Shown in pieces: positions 61,346 through 64,000 of a DNA stretch of 64,000 nt. The notes under the pieces were generated by a model, which saw only the letters and a program-made list of their open reading frames with translations, was not told where the DNA came from and did not search any database. The DNA comes from Azolla caroliniana. Taxonomy: Eukaryota; Plantae; Polypodiophyta. How positions within the stretch are numbered: the stretch's first letter is position 1; the number at the start of each line of letters is the position of its first letter. Both the position numbers and the translations under genes were made by a program. The DNA lies in assembly GCA_043228905.1 (NCBI GenBank), contig JBHGNT010000006.1:8246001-8310000 (forward strand). The letters run 5' to 3'.

Positions 61346-64000
61346 GTTGGTGTGTATGCATCGAATGTTTCACAAGAACGAAAGTTGTTATGGAGATCTC
61401 TAAACTCAGTGCTTGATAATGGTAGACCGGGTTTATTGATGGGAGATTTTAATGTTTGTTGTGAGACAATTCAATCAACATTTATCCACTCTATTATGGA
61501 TGGACCAGAGGCTCAAGAATGGGGAGATTTTGAGATTGGAGTCATGTTACGAGATGTATGGAAATGGATCAAGCGAGATGAACTTGGTTATACCTTTCAA
61601 TCGGCTCAATATAAGGACACATGGAGTAGGTTGAATCGAATGTATGTAATGCATACCGAAGGATTTTTACCAGAGATTTGGGATATTTCAGTGTCTTATG
61701 GGTCAATTATATCAGATCATTTCCCATTAATTTTTGAATTCACTCACCACTCAATTAGAGCTTTTCATGAGTTCTTAGGAAAACCACAGTTGATTTTTAA
61801 TTCATCATTTTTGGATCATGAGGTCTTTGATGCCTATATGTGTCAATTGATTGATGCATTTACCTATCGTGTTCAATTTGATGGGTATGAAGCGTGGGAA
61901 GTATTTGTTGCAAATGTTCAGAGGTTAACTAGGTATTATGGAATTCACCATGCTTTTAAAAAGAGAAAGAAATTAAGTTTCCTAGCTAATTTTCTTGATA
62001 AATGCAACTCATTGTTAACTTATTGGCCAACGGATGTAGAGTTGATGGGATATCAAGAGGTATTAATTTCTGCGATGCGTGATCTTATGGCAAAAAATTA
62101 TCAACATGCTAAACTACATTGTCTAAGACAAGAAGTGGAGGATGCTAATTGTCAATCACATAAGTTTTTTCATGATCTTCATGAATCACATGCACGTCAT
62201 AATGTGGTAAGGTTAGAGGAAAATGGTATCATGTGTTCCGATCCTGAAGAAATTGTGAAGAAATGCATAGAATATTATACATAATTGTTGGATATACAAG
62301 TGTGTATCGATGATAATGTTAAAAAAGATAGAGATGTATTTTTTAATGGAGTGAAAATCATGTATCGCATGATGTGGCACAATCATTAGATGCCAATATT
62401 TCAAAGGATGAAGTGGAACATTTCATGTCACATCGTGTTAATGATAAGAGTCCTAGGCCGACTGAGAGTTTAATGATGATTTGGTTTAATCTGATTTCTA
62501 TGCTACAAGGTAAGTTTGACAGCCTTCAGGGGCCCTCTGATGCGAGTGAAGAAGCTAGGTACCGCTTCCTTCTTAAATGGAGAGGTTCTCCGATGTTACA
62601 GATGGTGGATGACAATGCAAAGTGGATATATTAGCCACCCCGATGGTTGTTCCCTCCTAGGGTACCAAACATAGAGGTAGGTGTTGAATTGTGAAGTGAT
62701 TGGAGGGTGTCTTTGCTGAATGTGGGTTGTGTGAGGCTCATGTTGATGGGAGTCAATCGAGTAATTATGTGACGAGGCTTTGTTGCATCATTTATACATG
62801 ATGTTTTCTTGTAGCCATTGCAAAGTGGCTTGTAACATATGAGTTGTATATTATTCTATGTACTTTTTCTTAACTAATGGAAGTAGAAATTTTTTGGAAA
62901 AAAAGAGTCCTGGGTTGGATGGATTAACACATGAACTCTTTAAAAAATATGTGATTAAGTTAAAGGGGCCTTTTATGGTTTTATTTCAGAAGGTGTGGGC
63001 ATCAGGGGAAATGCCTCATCCTTGGAAGATTGGTTTGATAAAGCTTTTGCCGAAGGTGCCTTCTCCATCTTCCTTTGCTCAATGGAGGCCTATTTCATTG
63101 ATGGGGGCAATGTACAAGATTTTTGCAAAAGTGATGGCCAATAGGTTGCATAAGGTTTTACCTTCTATTATTCATAATGCTCAATATGGGTTCTTAGCAA
63201 AAAGAGACATTTTACATAATATTTTAAATGTTCAAATGGCAATTGACAATGCAAAGGAGTCTAAACAAGAATTAGTGTTGCTACAATTGGATATCGAGAA
63301 AGCCTATGATAATGTGGCTTGGTCATTTATAAATCATATGATGTCTGATATGGGTTTTAGTGATCGTATGTCTAAGTTGATATACACATTAGGGAAGGGT
63401 TTGGTTTCACATGTGATGTTTAATGGAGGAGTAACACAACCAATTTCTATTCGGAGGTCAATTAGACAAGGATGCCTTGTAAGTCCTTTACTATTCACTA
63501 TTGTGACACATCCTATTCTTGTTAAGTTACACAATATGGCTATAGAGGAAGAATTGCTTGGACTAAGGTTGCCATAAGGGAAGCCATGTATTGTTCAAGC
63601 TCTCACAGATGACCATATTATGTTTTTAGCACCTAATCGAGAAAATATTAGTAAGACAAGAGATGTGTGGGAATTGTTTTCAAATGCTTCAGGGTTAGGA
63701 ATTAATATGCATAAATCTATCCTCATTTAATGTACAGAACAAGATGTGTTGGGGTTGGGGTGGTCAGGAAGGATAGTACATCGTGGTATGATTTGTCGTC
63801 ACCTTGGATATCCAATTGGGGTGGAAGTTTCTCGTGTGAAATTTATTGAGTGGGTATCCAAAAAGTTGGAAGATAAGCTTATGTATTGGAGGTCTCAATT
63901 TTCGCCTTTTCATGTACGCCTTAAGGTGATTCAATCAAGTATGGTCGCTATGGTATCTTATTATCTTCCTTTGCTCCCATGGTCAAATCAAGCTCTTGAA
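61343..64000 (+). mobile_element. 5'-truncated, decayed L1-clade LINE ORF2 (APE endonuclease plus RT), running off the window
   Basis: VYASN, MGDFN, SRLNR, SDHFP (endonuclease); KSPGLDG, WRPISL, QYGF, QLDIEKAYD, RQGCLVSPLLF (RT); several stops and frameshifts. Confidence 0.92.
62458..62902 (+). mobile_element. Short LINE 3'-end copy nested inside the LINE
   Basis: Flanked by AAGAGTCCT(A/G)GG at 62446-62457 and 62903-62914; ends in an A run; splits the KSPG motif; encodes an ORF2-C-terminus-like peptide ending PPRWLFPP. Confidence 0.75.

Overview
Eukaryotic, TE-rich land-plant genomic DNA. A fern-like genome is my inference from element types and gene style, not something the sequence proves. 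The first ~31.5 kb is a nested transposon cluster. It starts with a CA/CATA low-complexity field (1-3975) running into a P-element-like DDE transposase gene. That gene is split by a very young, full-length non-chromovirus Ty3/gypsy element (4298-13562; 457-bp near-identical LTRs; TSD CTTTA). The element carries gag-pro, RT-RH-INT and an extra 881-aa coiled-coil ORF. Next come a GC-rich LTR-like repeat interrupted by a defective minus-strand chromovirus (16632-23319; TSD GGTAC; LTRs ending TG...TA), further chromovirus and copia remnants, and a solo LTR. The rest holds three host genes: a SAUR gene (-), a 4-exon heptahelical PAQR/HHP gene (+) and a 4-exon condensation/alcohol-acetyltransferase-fold gene (-). 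It also holds two Mutator-type MITEs, degenerate retroelement debris, a 62-bp minisatellite and a LINE with a nested LINE 3'-end insertion. The two most unusual signals: (1) the young gypsy element has no polypurine tract; a sense-strand tRNA-3'-end mimic ending in CCA sits 2 nt before the 3' LTR and mirrors its PBS, suggesting tRNA-type priming of the plus strand; (2) a P-superfamily-like transposase ORF can be rebuilt in frame across the insertion in a land-plant genome.
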